Shown in pieces: positions 50,416 to 60,899 of a stretch of 64,000 nt of DNA. The first letter of the stretch is position 1; each line of letters starts with the position of its first letter. Source of the DNA: an uncultured Ruminococcus sp. (GTDB taxonomy: Bacteria; Bacillota; Clostridia; Oscillospirales; CAG-272); assembly GCA_964494135.1 (NCBI GenBank), contig CAZBQN010000005.1, positions 934-64,933 on the forward strand. The letters run 5' to 3'. The position numbers and the translations under genes are program-made. The notes under the pieces are model-generated. The model saw only the letters and a program-made list of their open reading frames with translations, was not told the origin of the DNA and did not search any database.

Positions 50416-53193
50416 TTACATCGGCAGAGTCGCGTAAGAGGCCTTCAAGGACTGAAGCTGTTGTTGCTTAACAACAACGAGTCTTGCGTACTCGGATTTC
50501 ATAGAGTCCGCGCTGAGCTTGAAGCCGGCATCCTTAATAAGGTAGTGCCACTGCTGTCCTTTCGAATTGGTGTCGCCCTGAGAGTTACCGAACTGAACGC
50601 TGATTGCGTCCTCAAACGCCTTATCGAAGGAAGAACGTACATTTCTACGAATGTAGTTAAGGATTTCAACGTTCTTACCGCCGCCTGCGATACCGTAAGA
50701 AAGCTCGTTCTTATAGTAGTCGTTAAGGATAGCGGTGGAGTGGGTCGACTGGTAGTCAAGGTAAGCGGAACACTGAGTGAACTTGTTGGTAGTACGGGAA
50801 ATTGCGCCTACACGTCCAAGGTTGTGAATCTGAGTCTGATAGTCGTCAGCTCTGCCGTTCTCATTTACTGCTCTGTAAAGCGGAACGGGCGCAACACCGA
50901 AGCCTGCCTGCATACCCGTGTACTCGTCGTACTCAAGAGAACCAAGGCAGATAACTCCGCCGAACAGGATTCTGTCAGACGCGAATCTGTTACGTATAGC
51001 AGTAAGTCCGTTGGTACCGTAACCGAGAGCCTGGTCGTTACCTATAGCTATAACGCCTCTGGTATTCGAGAACAGGTCTGTAAGGTTGTTACAGAAGTCA
51101 AGCAGCTCCTGGTTCGTAGCGGGATAATCGAATACCCAGTTACCCTCATCATCGCTCCACTCACGGTGGATGATCTCAATAGTGGTAGTATAGAGCATAC
51201 CGGACGCGGGAAGACCGGACTGAGTACCCAGAGCAAATCCAAGCTGGTCGTTGAGCGTACCTGCGGAATCACCGCCGGAAACAGCCTCACCGGGTACGTA
51301 AATAGCATTGGAGAAGTCTGCAAGGGTCTCGTAGTTCCATCTCTTATCTTTGATAAGCTCGTAGAAGTCGTCGATGGTAAACTTACCGTCACCGGTACGG
51401 TCGCTGTTGTACTCATCCGAGTAAGGATCGTCATTGACGGCAACCGACTCAAGCAGAGTGATGTTTACGGGAACGACAAGGAATGCACGAACCATATCGA
51501 TGAAATAGTCGGAGGAAAGCAGATACATCTGGCTGTAAGAAAGAGTCATGGACTGCATATACTCTACCATGTAGCCCGTACCGGTATCCTTGAAGGATCT
51601 GTCGGTGAACTGGAATTCGTTAGAACCCTTTCTGGTGGTATAAAGGTTCGAGAAGCAGCCCTTCAGAGAAGCGGACAGCATATCGTATACGAAGTTGATA
51701 TAAACGTCAGGCTTTTCGGGGTTGCTTCCGCCTACCTCAGCCGTGATGTTATCTACGTTCTGACCCCAGGCGTAGCCCTTACCGTCTTCAAGGTATCTGT
51801 AATCTGCCGTAACGGAAGTTGCGGCGGTAGCAGCTGCGTTTCTGCTTCTGACATACTTATCTATCTGCTGATTGTCGGAAGTGCCGCCGGCAAGATATCT
51901 CTTACAGGATGCGGGAAGCTCCTGGCTGTTGGAGTCCTCGTTCATCTGTATGATGATCGTAGTAGGCTCCCAGGTGATGGTATATTCCTTCTCCCACGCC
52001 GGATCGCGTCTGCCGCAAACCGTGCAGTAGCTCTCGGAATCGTATGTGTGCTCACCGATTTCTGATTTCAGACCCCAGTGCTCACAGGAGGATTCATGCC
52101 AGTGCTCGTAATCGTCGAAAGACCACTCCGTCTCGTAGGTATGCTCGTGTACCTCGGTGGTGGAATGTGCCTCCCACTTAGCATAAAGCGTAATCTCGGC
52201 TGCCGTATCGGTGCTGAAGTTTGTACAACGGTTTGTACAATTCTCATCGGTATACCAGCCTAAGAAGGTGTAAGTATAATCCTGAGTATTGTTTCTCGAA
52301 GGATTCTTAAGATAGTAGGTACCCTGACTTGCAAAGAACACGGGGTTCTCGTTAACAATCACTGCACCGTCTGCATCAAGGTAAATGTATGTAACCTTTA
52401 CAGTAGCGGTAACACCGCATCCCTCTCTCTGACATACGCCGTTTTCATCAAAGTCGTGACCGAGTGCGGAAACGAAGCTCTCCTCAACGGAATGTCCCTC
52501 CGTGTCCTCGGTACAGCCCTCTCTGTTACAGGTCTTGAGAGTGTATCCCTCATCGGTACAGGTAGGAGGAATTACCTCCTCGTCATACTCGTGACCGAGA
52601 GCGAGCAAAACTATCTGACCGTCGTAAACTCTTCCTGCCTCATCACAGTCGGGACAGGTAAAAATTTCAATACCGTCGGCTACGCATGTAGGAGGCTGAT
52701 TAAACACAACTACCTTATTCGGGTGGTCGCACACACCGGCGCCGCAAACCGTACAGGTGCCGCCTTCGATCGTGTGCGCAGCCTTATCGCCTTCACCTGC
52801 GTCAGTGTGATCGCAGGTAGCCTCGTGCCAGTGATAGTCGTTGTCGTAGCTCCACTCGGTGCTGTAAATATGCTTCGTGGGGTCAGGATCGGTTACGCCT
52901 GTCGTTACCTCTTTGCCGCAATCCGCACATACGTTCTTAGTGTAGCCGCCGGTCTGACAGTTAGCCTCAACCGTCTCTGTGGGAACCAAGGTATGAGCCC
53001 ACGGAACGGTATCGCCGGTATAGCTGTCGCCGCATTCGCAAGTATACGTGGTATAGCCGTCTGTCTCGTTCGCACACGACGGAGGCGTTACCGTCGCTTT
53101 GTATTCGTGCGTATGTCCGCCGCCCGCACAGGACGCAAACACGAAGACAAGCAATGCCAGTACAAATGCCAATGCAAATAACTTTCTTTTCAT
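50416..53193 (-). CDS. 925-aa lipoprotein: Cys/His-rich repeats, an InlB B-repeat-like module and a C-terminal solute-binding-protein-like domain
   Basis: Lipobox FASC. Repeated H..(P/A)(T/S/N)C...G..CxxCG. YTFLGWYTD...LYAKW. SBP-like C-terminal half. Confidence 0.65.
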   Translation of the reverse strand: MKRKLFALAFVLALLVFVFASCAGGGHTHEYKATVTPPSCANETDGYTTYTCECGDSYTGDTVPWAHTLVPTETVEANCQTGGYTKNVCADCGKEVTTGVTDPDPTKHIYSTEWSYDNDYHWHEATCDHTDAGEGDKAAHTIEGGTCTVCGAGVCDHPNKVVVFNQPPTCVADGIEIFTCPDCDEAGRVYDGQIVLLALGHEYDEEVIPPTCTDEGYTLKTCNREGCTEDTEGHSVEESFVSALGHDFDENGVCQREGCGVTATVKVTYIYLDADGAVIVNENPVFFASQGTYYLKNPSRNNTQDYTYTFLGWYTDENCTNRCTNFSTDTAAEITLYAKWEAHSTTEVHEHTYETEWSFDDYEHWHESSCEHWGLKSEIGEHTYDSESYCTVCGRRDPAWEKEYTITWEPTTIIIQMNEDSNSQELPASCKRYLAGGTSDNQQIDKYVRSRNAAATAATSVTADYRYLEDGKGYAWGQNVDNITAEVGGSNPEKPDVYINFVYDMLSASLKGCFSNLYTTRKGSNEFQFTDRSFKDTGTGYMVEYMQSMTLSYSQMYLLSSDYFIDMVRAFLVVPVNITLLESVAVNDDPYSDEYNSDRTGDGKFTIDDFYELIKDKRWNYETLADFSNAIYVPGEAVSGGDSAGTLNDQLGFALGTQSGLPASGMLYTTTIEIIHREWSDDEGNWVFDYPATNQELLDFCNNLTDLFSNTRGVIAIGNDQALGYGTNGLTAIRNRFASDRILFGGVICLGSLEYDEYTGMQAGFGVAPVPLYRAVNENGRADDYQTQIHNLGRVGAISRTTNKFTQCSAYLDYQSTHSTAILNDYYKNELSYGIAGGGKNVEILNYIRRNVRSSFDKAFEDAISVQFGNSQGDTNSKGQQWHYLIKDAGFKLSADSMKSEYARLVVVKQQQLQSLKASYATLPM

Positions 53194-53476
53194 TTCTTTC
53201 TCCTTTTTTTGATTTTACCGTTAACACCGAAAGATGACCGAGCTAAAATCCGTTAATGACGCAACCTTTGAAGAACGCCGGGTAAAGTCCGTATCGGAAA
53301 AAATCGCGGACGCCTTCGGTACCGTCCTACGGTAATCGGACGGCGCTAAAGCTTTGTGTACCCTTTAATGATTATGAGCAGAGACCGCCCACAGGCAGCC
53401 AAAGGGATTACTGCCCCGCCGAAGATAAATACCTTTATCTTAGTTCGGCGGATAATCACTCCACTTTACCGCCGTA

Positions 53477-53505
53477 ATAATAACATAAAAAAAAATTCAA
53501 GTCAA
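53477..53505 (-). promoter_or_regulatory. sigma-A promoter about 280 nt upstream of the lipoprotein start
   Basis: TTGACT-N17-TATTAT with TGn. Confidence 0.65.
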
Positions 53506-53728
53506 GCGGAAGATATGAACGCCCGTGTTTTTTCCACGTTTTATCCAACTTTAAGTCAGTACTTTTGTGCATATTACTAAATATAATTTACTTAGATTGC
53601 TGTTACTCGGAGAATGCAGTCGGCGTCTCAGGTCTCCGGCGCGCTTGTGCGCCTTCAGGCATAATTCCGGGCGAATGGTTATCCGCAAACGAAGGCACAT
53701 CCCAATGCACCCGGCGGCGGACTTTGTT

Positions 53729-54574
53729 TTACTTGATATTTCGCCCTGCCAGCTCCCAGAATGCAACCGCACCCGCCGAGGCGACGTTCAAAGAATCCAC
53801 TCCGTGGGACATAGGTATCCTTGCAACATAGTCACAGCCCCTGACGGTGGGTGCGGTCAGTCCGTCGCCCTCGGTGCCCAGAACTATTGCCAGTTTTTCG
53901 GTGGCGGCGAGGGTGGGGTCGTCGATCCGCATGCTGTCGTCGGACAGCGCCATTGCCACGCTCTCAAAGCCGAAGGCACGCAGGGTGTCAAGTCCGTGAG
54001 CCTGCCAATCCTCCATGCTAGTTCCGATATAACCCCACGGTACCTGGAGCACGGTTCCCATGCTGACTCTCAGAGCACGGCGGCACAAAGGGTCGCAGCA
54101 GGTAGGTGTAAGAAGTACCGCGTCAATATTCATTGCAGCCGCGGAGCGAAAGACGGCACCGATATTCGTAGAATCGCACACCCCCTCAAGCACCGCCACA
54201 CGCCGCGCATCAGCCAGCAGGTCGGACAGAGGAGGATTTTTCGGTCGTTTCATGGCGCAGAGGGCACCCCGTGTCAAATCAAAGCCGGTTATTTGCCTGA
54301 GCACTTCCCTCTCGGCGATGTAAATCGGAACCTCTCCGACGCGCGAAATTGCAGCCATGACGTCCGAGTTTATAAGTCTTTTTTCGGTAAGCAGCGACAC
54401 CGGCTCACAGCCCGCCGACAGCGCAACATCTATGACGGTCGGACTCTCTGCTATGAATATTCCCCGCTCCGGGTCCCGCCTGTTGCGCAGCTCGGCTCCG
54501 GTCAGCCTGACATACACGTCAAGCTCAGACATATTAAGGTCGGTTATTTCAATTATCCGAGGAGTGTTTTCCAT
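53729..54574 (-). CDS. TrmH/SpoU-family RNA methyltransferase
   Basis: FIAES, NIGAVFRSAAA, LGTEGDGL, IPMSHGVDSLNVA. Confidence 0.92.
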   Translation of the reverse strand: MENTPRIIEITDLNMSELDVYVRLTGAELRNRRDPERGIFIAESPTVIDVALSAGCEPVSLLTEKRLINSDVMAAISRVGEVPIYIAEREVLRQITGFDLTRGALCAMKRPKNPPLSDLLADARRVAVLEGVCDSTNIGAVFRSAAAMNIDAVLLTPTCCDPLCRRALRVSMGTVLQVPWGYIGTSMEDWQAHGLDTLRAFGFESVAMALSDDSMRIDDPTLAATEKLAIVLGTEGDGLTAPTVRGCDYVARIPMSHGVDSLNVASAGAVAFWELAGRNIK

Positions 54575-54752
54575 TTCTCAATTTCCTTTTCAAATAAGTC
54601 GGTTATGTGCCGCCCGGTAAATAGCTTCACCGACGGTCAGCCGGCTTTGCCATGCGAACGATATGCCCTCATAAAAGCAAAGCCCCCGAGCCTGATTAAA
54701 CATATCGGCTTTTACGGGGGCTTTATGTTTTCCGATAACTTCGGAGTTTATT

Positions 54753-56924
54753 TTACAGGTGAAGCACTCTGTCGTTGATCTCTGAGGTTCTTCCCTGATT
54801 CCAGTACTGGGTGCCTATGTAACCGCAGGTACGGCGCGCGACATTCATCTTTGACTGGTCGCGGTTCTTACAGTTCGGGCACTCCCAAACCAGCTTGCCG
54901 TCGTCCTCTACAATCTGAATTTCTCCGTCGTAGCCGCACGCCTGGCAGTAGTCGCTCTTGGTATTCAGCTCGGCGTACATAATATTGTCGTAGATGAACT
55001 CCATAACGCCGAGAACCGCGTCGATATTGTTCTGCATATCGGGCACTTCAACGTAGGAAATCGCGCCTCCCGGGGAAAGTGCCTGGAACTTCGCTTCAAG
55101 CGTCAGCTTGGAAAAAGCGTCGATGGGCTCGGTTACGTGAACGTGGTAGGAATTAGTGATGTAATTGCGGTCGGTAACGTCCTTGACGATACCGAAGCGC
55201 TTCTGCAAGCATTTCGCAAACTTGTAGGTAGTGCTTTCAAGCGGTGTGCCGTAAAGCGAATAGTCGATATTTTCAGCCGCCTTCCACTTTGCGGTGTATT
55301 CGTTGAGCTTACGCATTATGGCAAGTCCCAGCTCCTCACCCTCGGGCTCGGTCAGCTTTTTGCCGTTCAGAGAGTACACGCACTCCCAGAGTCCCGCATA
55401 GCCCAGCGACAGGGTCGAATAGCCGCCGTACAGATATTTGTCTATGGTTTCGCCCTTCTTCAGTCTGGTCAGAGCACCGTACTGCCAAAGGATCGGTGCC
55501 GCGTCGGAGAGCGTGCCCAGCAGTCTTTCGTGACGCTGGCGGAGTGCCCTGTGGCACAGCTCCATTCTCTCGTCAAAGACCTGCCAGAAGCGTTCCATAT
55601 CCCCCTCTGCGGAAAGTCCGATGTCAACGAGGTTAACCGTAACGACGCCCTGATTGAATCTGCCGTAATACTTGGGCTTTCCGTTCTCGTCTACGTAGGG
55701 AGTAAGGAAGGAGCGGCAACCCATGCAGGTATAGCAGTGACCCTCGCCGTTCTTGTCTACCTTATTTGCGAGCATTACCTTTTCCGAAATATAATCGGGC
55801 ACCATACGGCGGGCGGTGCATTTTGCGGCAAGCTCGGTGAGATAATAATACTTTGAGCCGGGACGGACGTTGTCCTCCTCAAGCACGTATATCAGCTTTG
55901 GGAAAGCGGGAGTGATCCAAACGCCTGCCTCGTTCTTGACACCGCGGTATCTCTGAAGGAGAATTTCCTCTATAATAACAGCCAAATCGGCGCGCTCCTG
56001 CTCGTTCTTCGCCTCGCCGAGATACATGAATACGGTGATAAAGGGAGCCTGTCCGTTCGTGGTCAAAAGAGTTACTACCTGATACTGAATACACTGCACG
56101 CCGCGGCGTATTTCATCGCGCAGACGCTGCTCGGTTATCCTGGCAATAGCCGCCTCGTCGTGTACCCCGACCTCCTCCAGCTCCTTTGTGACCTCAGCCC
56201 TGATCTTCTCACGGCTGACCTGCACGAAGGGCGCGAGATGTGTAAGACTTATTGACTGACCGCCGTACTGGTTTGAGGCAACCTGAGCTATTATCTGAGT
56301 GGAAATGTTGCAGGCGGTGGAGAAGCTGTGGGGCTTCTCAATCATTGTACCGCTGATTACCGTGCCGTTCTGTAGCATATCCTCCAGATTGACAAGGTCG
56401 CAGTTGTGCATATGCTGTGCAAAATAGTCCGCGTCGTGGAAGTGAATAAGACCCTCCTCGTGCGCCTTTACTATATCCTCTGGCAGAAGTATTCTTCTGG
56501 TAATATCCTTGGAAACCTCGCCTGCCATATAGTCGCGCTGTACGCTGTTGACGGTGGGATTCTTGTTGGAATTCTCCTGCTTTACTTCCTCGTTGTTGCA
56601 CTCTATCAGAGACAGTATCTTGTCGTCGGTGGTATTGGATTTACGCACCAATGCTCTCTTGTAGCGGTAGGTGATATACGCCTTTGCCAGATCGAAGGCT
56701 CCGAGCTTCATCAGCTCCTTCTCTACCAGGTCCTGTACTTCCTCGACTCCGGCAGAGCGGCTCTGCAAAGAGCATATCTCCTCCACCCTCTTTGATATAT
56801 CTTCAATGTCGCCTTCCCGAATTCTGAACTTGGCGTCAACCGCCTCGTTCGCCTTTCTTACGGCGGCAGCTATCTTTTCTCTGTCAAATACAACTTCCTG
56901 CCCGTTACGCTTAATAAGTTTCAT
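54753..56924 (-). CDS. nrdD: Anaerobic ribonucleoside-triphosphate reductase (class III)
   Basis: N-terminal ATP cone, HNCDL, CMGCRSFL, CQAC...CPNC, RRTCGYIG. Confidence 0.96.
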   Translation of the reverse strand: MKLIKRNGQEVVFDREKIAAAVRKANEAVDAKFRIREGDIEDISKRVEEICSLQSRSAGVEEVQDLVEKELMKLGAFDLAKAYITYRYKRALVRKSNTTDDKILSLIECNNEEVKQENSNKNPTVNSVQRDYMAGEVSKDITRRILLPEDIVKAHEEGLIHFHDADYFAQHMHNCDLVNLEDMLQNGTVISGTMIEKPHSFSTACNISTQIIAQVASNQYGGQSISLTHLAPFVQVSREKIRAEVTKELEEVGVHDEAAIARITEQRLRDEIRRGVQCIQYQVVTLLTTNGQAPFITVFMYLGEAKNEQERADLAVIIEEILLQRYRGVKNEAGVWITPAFPKLIYVLEEDNVRPGSKYYYLTELAAKCTARRMVPDYISEKVMLANKVDKNGEGHCYTCMGCRSFLTPYVDENGKPKYYGRFNQGVVTVNLVDIGLSAEGDMERFWQVFDERMELCHRALRQRHERLLGTLSDAAPILWQYGALTRLKKGETIDKYLYGGYSTLSLGYAGLWECVYSLNGKKLTEPEGEELGLAIMRKLNEYTAKWKAAENIDYSLYGTPLESTTYKFAKCLQKRFGIVKDVTDRNYITNSYHVHVTEPIDAFSKLTLEAKFQALSPGGAISYVEVPDMQNNIDAVLGVMEFIYDNIMYAELNTKSDYCQACGYDGEIQIVEDDGKLVWECPNCKNRDQSKMNVARRTCGYIGTQYWNQGRTSEINDRVLHL

Positions 56925-57074
56925 TACATCCTCCGTATTGTTTCTGTCATTATCCCGGACTGTGCCTGATTCTGCGGGCTTCTCAAAAATCCCGCGTGCC
57001 CGCCTCCGGCAGACACGGCAAGCCGCGGTCCTTAACCGTCACCTCCGCAAAAAGCGCGAAGGTGAATATAGTAT

Positions 57075-57122
57075 ACACTATATGTAGTGTCTTTGTCAAG
57101 TCGAAAATACTACATATTGCGT
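57075..57122. promoter_or_regulatory. Tandem NrdR boxes flanking the nrdD -35
   Basis: ACACTATATGTAGTGT (57075-57090) and ATACTACATATTGCGT (57107-57122), 32 bp apart. The minus-strand promoter is TTGACA (57099-57094)-N18-TATACT. Confidence 0.88.
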
Positions 57123-57165
57123 TTAATTTTTTTGTTCATATTGATGAAAAGCAGGCGGTCTGCTC

Positions 57166-57194
57166 TTGACTTTATGGTGTTGAGATGTTAAAAT
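57166..57194 (+). promoter_or_regulatory. sigma-A promoter of the FRG gene
   Basis: TTGACT-N17-TAAAAT with TGn. Confidence 0.75.
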
Positions 57195-57216
57195 AAAGTT
57201 GTAACAGGAGGGCGAC

Positions 57217-57969
57217 ATGGATACGAAAATATTTGACAGCTTTCCGGAGCTGAGACTGTATATCAACGGTCTTACGGACAACCCGAATTACATTTACCGC
57301 GGATACAACCGCGACGAGGAGATTTATCCCAGCATTATTCACGGCGAGGACTTTTCAAAGCTGGAGGGAGCTTTTCTGCGCGAGTTCGAGAGGTACGGGC
57401 TTGCCTATTTCTCAGCCAACAACGCCATGGAATTTCTCTCGACCGCACAGCATTACGGCTTGCCGACACGTCTGCTGGACTTTACCTATAATCCCTTTGT
57501 TGCCATGTTCTTCTCGCTGTACAACGTCAAGGCAAAAACCGACGACCCTTACTACAAAATAATATACTGCGACATCAGAAATTGCTGTAAATTCAATGAA
57601 ATCAGCCGCACCGTCGATGAACTCTGCGAGCCTGAAGGTACCACCCGCTCGTTCACCAACGAGCTTCTGACCCGATTTGCCACCCTTGGCGACGCGAACC
57701 GCCTGTGCATTGTCGACCCGGCGCTGAACAATCAGCGCATTATCATGCAGCAGGGTCTGTTTCTCGTACCTACGACGCTTGATAAGGAAAAGCACCGGAC
57801 GCTGATTGAGGAAAACACGTCTAAAATTCTGATACACAAGTCCATTCGCCACGAGGCTATGCGGTATCTGGACGTTCTGGGCTTCAACGCCTTTCGTCTG
57901 ATGCCCGACCTGGCAAGTGCCTGTCAGGCGATAAAGAACAGAGTTATTGCCAGAGGGGCGAGAAAGTGA
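57217..57969 (+). CDS. FRG domain protein
   Basis: YIYRG, AQHYGLPTRLLDFTYNPFVAMFFS, NQRIIMQQGLF. Confidence 0.9.
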   Translation: MDTKIFDSFPELRLYINGLTDNPNYIYRGYNRDEEIYPSIIHGEDFSKLEGAFLREFERYGLAYFSANNAMEFLSTAQHYGLPTRLLDFTYNPFVAMFFSLYNVKAKTDDPYYKIIYCDIRNCCKFNEISRTVDELCEPEGTTRSFTNELLTRFATLGDANRLCIVDPALNNQRIIMQQGLFLVPTTLDKEKHRTLIEENTSKILIHKSIRHEAMRYLDVLGFNAFRLMPDLASACQAIKNRVIARGARK

Positions 57970-58102
57970 AGAAAATTATTTTAAATTCTCGTTGACATAT
58001 CATTATTCGTGATTGACGTCCTGCTCGGGTTGTAACAATCAAAGATTGATTGAAAACCGACCGCTTTCCAACCATTTTATAAATGAATTCCCGCATTTTT
58101 TT

Positions 58103-58139
58103 GGGGGCATTGTGCAAAAGCACAATGCCCCCGTTTTTT
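58103..58139 (+). terminator. Intrinsic terminator after the FRG gene
   Basis: GGGGGCATTGTGC / GCACAATGCCCCC perfect 13-bp stem followed by GTTTTTT. Confidence 0.85.
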
Positions 58140-58231
58140 CGCTTATTCAGAAAACCGAAAACGCCGTTTTTTAATTTTCGGCTTCCGGTTTTCAATTTTT
58201 CTTATGTGCAGTTTTCTGCTTCGGAGAACGA

Positions 58232-58462
58232 TTAGTTCTCTTCAAGCCACTTTTCCGCAGCAGCCTTGGACATACGCTTGATGCCCTCCTCGGCGTACTT
58301 GGACTCTGCGCCGCCGTTGGTATAAAGGAAATACTTACCGTCAGATGTTACGTAGAGGGTCTCCTCGTAGCCGCAGGGATCGCCGTATGCGCCGGAAACG
58401 GTCTTCTTAACGATCTGGGAAGCCGCGGTATCGTACTCTACCTTGCAAATGATTTTCTTCAT
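58232..58462 (-). CDS. Small hypothetical protein (76 aa)
   Basis: RBS-like AAGGA, 16 nt after the metA stop. MKKIICKVEYDT...YEETLY..DGKYFLY..GG pattern. Confidence 0.8.
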   Translation of the reverse strand: MKKIICKVEYDTAASQIVKKTVSGAYGDPCGYEETLYVTSDGKYFLYTNGGAESKYAEEGIKRMSKAAAEKWLEEN

Positions 58463-58478
58463 TTTTTCTTATCCTTTC

Positions 58479-59432
58479 TTATTTATTTATATTCATCTCA
58501 CCCACGGAGCCGGCATCCTTTATCCTGCCGATATCGTACGGGGTGGTTTGATATACGAAGTAATTGAGCCAGTTGGTAAACAGGAGCGTCGCATGTCCGC
58601 GCCAGGTTATCAGAGGACGCTTGGTGTCGTCGTCGTTCGGATAATAATTCTTAGGCACATTAGGTGCGATACCTGCTTTTTTATCCCTCAGGTACTCCTT
58701 TTCCAGAGTATCCGCGTCGTACTCGGAATGTCCTGTCAGGAACACCTGCTTACCGCCGGGAGTGATAACGGCGTAGACGCCCGCCTCAGGCGAAGAAGCG
58801 AGAATGCGCAATCCGTCAACCGCCTCTATATCCTCGCGCCTGACGGTGGTGTATCTGGAATGAGGGACGTAAAACACGTCGTCGAAGCCCCGGAAGAGAA
58901 TGGACCTCTTATAGTCCACCGAATGGGGATAGACGCCGGAAAGCTTTTCTTCCATCAGGTGCTTTTTGATGCCGTAGTGGTAATACAGTCCCGCCTGCGC
59001 TCCCCAGCATATATGAAGGGTGCTGTGCACGTGAGTCTTCGTCCACTCCATAATCTCGGACAGCTCCTGCCAATACTCTACCTGTTCAAACTCCAGCTTC
59101 TCCACCGGTGCGCCGGTAATTATCATTCCGTCAAAATATCTGTCGCGCACGTCGGAAAACTCCTTGTAAAACGCCAAAAGATGCTCCTCGGAGGTATTCT
59201 TCGATTTATGCGTCGAGGTATGTATCAATTCTATCTCCACCTGCAGGGGCGTGTTGCCCAGCAGTCTTGACAGCTGTGTCTCCGTGTCAACCTTAGTCGG
59301 CATCAGATTGAGTATAAGTATTTTCAGCGGTCTTATATCCTGCGTTATCGCCCGGGTCTCGGTCATAACGAAAATATTTTCGTCTTCAAGCACTTTGACG
59401 GCAGGCAGCTCGTTTGGTATTTTTATCGGCAT
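58479..59432 (-). CDS. metA: Homoserine O-acyltransferase, predicted acetyl-specific
   Basis: [28 protein letters not shown] has Glu at the specificity position (acetyl type); the succinyl type has Gly there. Confidence 0.92.
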   Translation of the reverse strand: MPIKIPNELPAVKVLEDENIFVMTETRAITQDIRPLKILILNLMPTKVDTETQLSRLLGNTPLQVEIELIHTSTHKSKNTSEEHLLAFYKEFSDVRDRYFDGMIITGAPVEKLEFEQVEYWQELSEIMEWTKTHVHSTLHICWGAQAGLYYHYGIKKHLMEEKLSGVYPHSVDYKRSILFRGFDDVFYVPHSRYTTVRREDIEAVDGLRILASSPEAGVYAVITPGGKQVFLTGHSEYDADTLEKEYLRDKKAGIAPNVPKNYYPNDDDTKRPLITWRGHATLLFTNWLNYFVYQTTPYDIGRIKDAGSVGEMNINK

Positions 59433-59503
59433 TTTTCCCTCTCCTTTACTGCCTCCCCGCCGCACATAAGCAGAAAAAACACGGCACGGGTGGCACCTTT
59501 CGT

Positions 59504-60796
59504 TTAGTTCAGAGAATCAAGAGCCTGCTTCAGGTCCGCAATAAGGTCGTCCTTGTTCTCAATGCCGCAGGAATAGCGGATGAGGTCGGCTCCGACTCCC
59601 GCCGCGGCAAGCTCGGCATCGCTCATCTGTCTGTGAGTGGTGGACGCGGGATGCAGACAGCAGGTCCGCGCGTCGGCGACGTGGGTTTCGATAGCACCCA
59701 GCTTCAGTTCCTTCATAACCTTTTGCGCGGCTTCTCTGCCGCCCTTGACTCCGAAGCTGATAACGCCGCAGGTTCCCCTCGGCATATATTTCTTTGCCAG
59801 CTCGTAATACTTATCCCCTTCCAGCGAGGGATAGCTGACCCAGGTAACGTTCCCATGGCTCTTCAAAAACTTTGCAACCGCCAGCGCGTTCTCGCAATGT
59901 CTTGCCATCCTGACGTGCAGACTCTCAAGTCCCAGTCCGAGGATAAACGCGCTCTGAGGCGACTGAGTACAGCCGAAGTCACGCATCAGCTGAACGGTGG
60001 CCTTGGTTATAAACGCGCCCTCCTTGCCGAATCTCTCCACGTAGGTGACGCCGTGGTAGCTGTCGTCGGGTGTGCAGAGTCCGGGGAATTTGTCCGGGTA
60101 CTTGCTCCAGTCAAAATTGCCCGAATCCACGATACAGCCGCCGACAGCGGAGCCGTGTCCGTCCATATACTTCGTGGTGGAATGGGTGACGATGTCCGCA
60201 CCCCACTCAAAGGGACGGCAGTTTATGGGGGTCGCAAAGGTGTTGTCAACTATAAGCGGAACGCCGTGAGCGTGGGCAACCCTTGCAAATTTCTCAATAT
60301 CGAGTATGTTCAGCGCAGGGTTTGCGATAGTTTCACCGAATACCGCCTTGGTCCTCGGGGTAAAAGCGGCATTCAGCTCCTCCTCGGTAGCGTCGGGAGA
60401 AACGAAGGTGAAATCAATGCCCATACGCTTCATGGTAACGGCAAACAGGTTATAAGAGCCGCCGTAAATCGCCGAAGAGGAAACCACGTGGTCGCCTGCG
60501 GACGCGATATTGAATACGGCAAAGAAGTTCGCCGACTGACCCGACGAGGTCAGCATAGCGGCAGTACCGCCCTCAAGCTGACAAATGCGTGCGGCAACGG
60601 TGTCGCAGGTGGGGTTCTGAAGCCGGGAATAGAAATAGCCCGAGGTCTCAAGGTCAAACAGCTTTCCCATATCCTCGCCGGTAGCGTATTTAAAGGTAGT
60701 GCTCTGTACTATCGGTATTTGCCTCGGCTCTCCGCTGTTCGGCGAATAACCGCCCTGCACACAGGTTGTTTCTATGCTTACTTTTCTCTTATCCAT
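59504..60796 (-). CDS. metY: O-acetylhomoserine sulfhydrylase
   Basis: [34 protein letters not shown]. Next to metA, behind a Met T-box. Confidence 0.9.
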   Translation of the reverse strand: MDKRKVSIETTCVQGGYSPNSGEPRQIPIVQSTTFKYATGEDMGKLFDLETSGYFYSRLQNPTCDTVAARICQLEGGTAAMLTSSGQSANFFAVFNIASAGDHVVSSSAIYGGSYNLFAVTMKRMGIDFTFVSPDATEEELNAAFTPRTKAVFGETIANPALNILDIEKFARVAHAHGVPLIVDNTFATPINCRPFEWGADIVTHSTTKYMDGHGSAVGGCIVDSGNFDWSKYPDKFPGLCTPDDSYHGVTYVERFGKEGAFITKATVQLMRDFGCTQSPQSAFILGLGLESLHVRMARHCENALAVAKFLKSHGNVTWVSYPSLEGDKYYELAKKYMPRGTCGVISFGVKGGREAAQKVMKELKLGAIETHVADARTCCLHPASTTHRQMSDAELAAAGVGADLIRYSCGIENKDDLIADLKQALDSLN

Positions 60797-60899
60797 TTTA
60801 TTTTGCCTCCGTTTTCTTACCTTCCGTAAAAATCATAACGAGCCCTGCGATTTATAGCCGATAAAGCAAAAATCGGCAACCCGTTTTTCAAAATTCAGT

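Noticed and set aside
50461-52065. 534-aa plus-strand ORF
   Set aside because: Antisense shadow of the lipoprotein gene.
53590-53725. Possible small RNA downstream of the TrmH gene
   Set aside because: GC-rich and foldable, but with no SRP, 6S, tmRNA or riboswitch signature and no promoter.
56925-57065. Cobalamin riboswitch in the nrdD leader
   Set aside because: Hairpins are present but the B12-element core is absent and the ~140-nt leader is short.
59414-60829. 471-aa plus-strand ORF
   Set aside because: Antisense to metY with no independent support.
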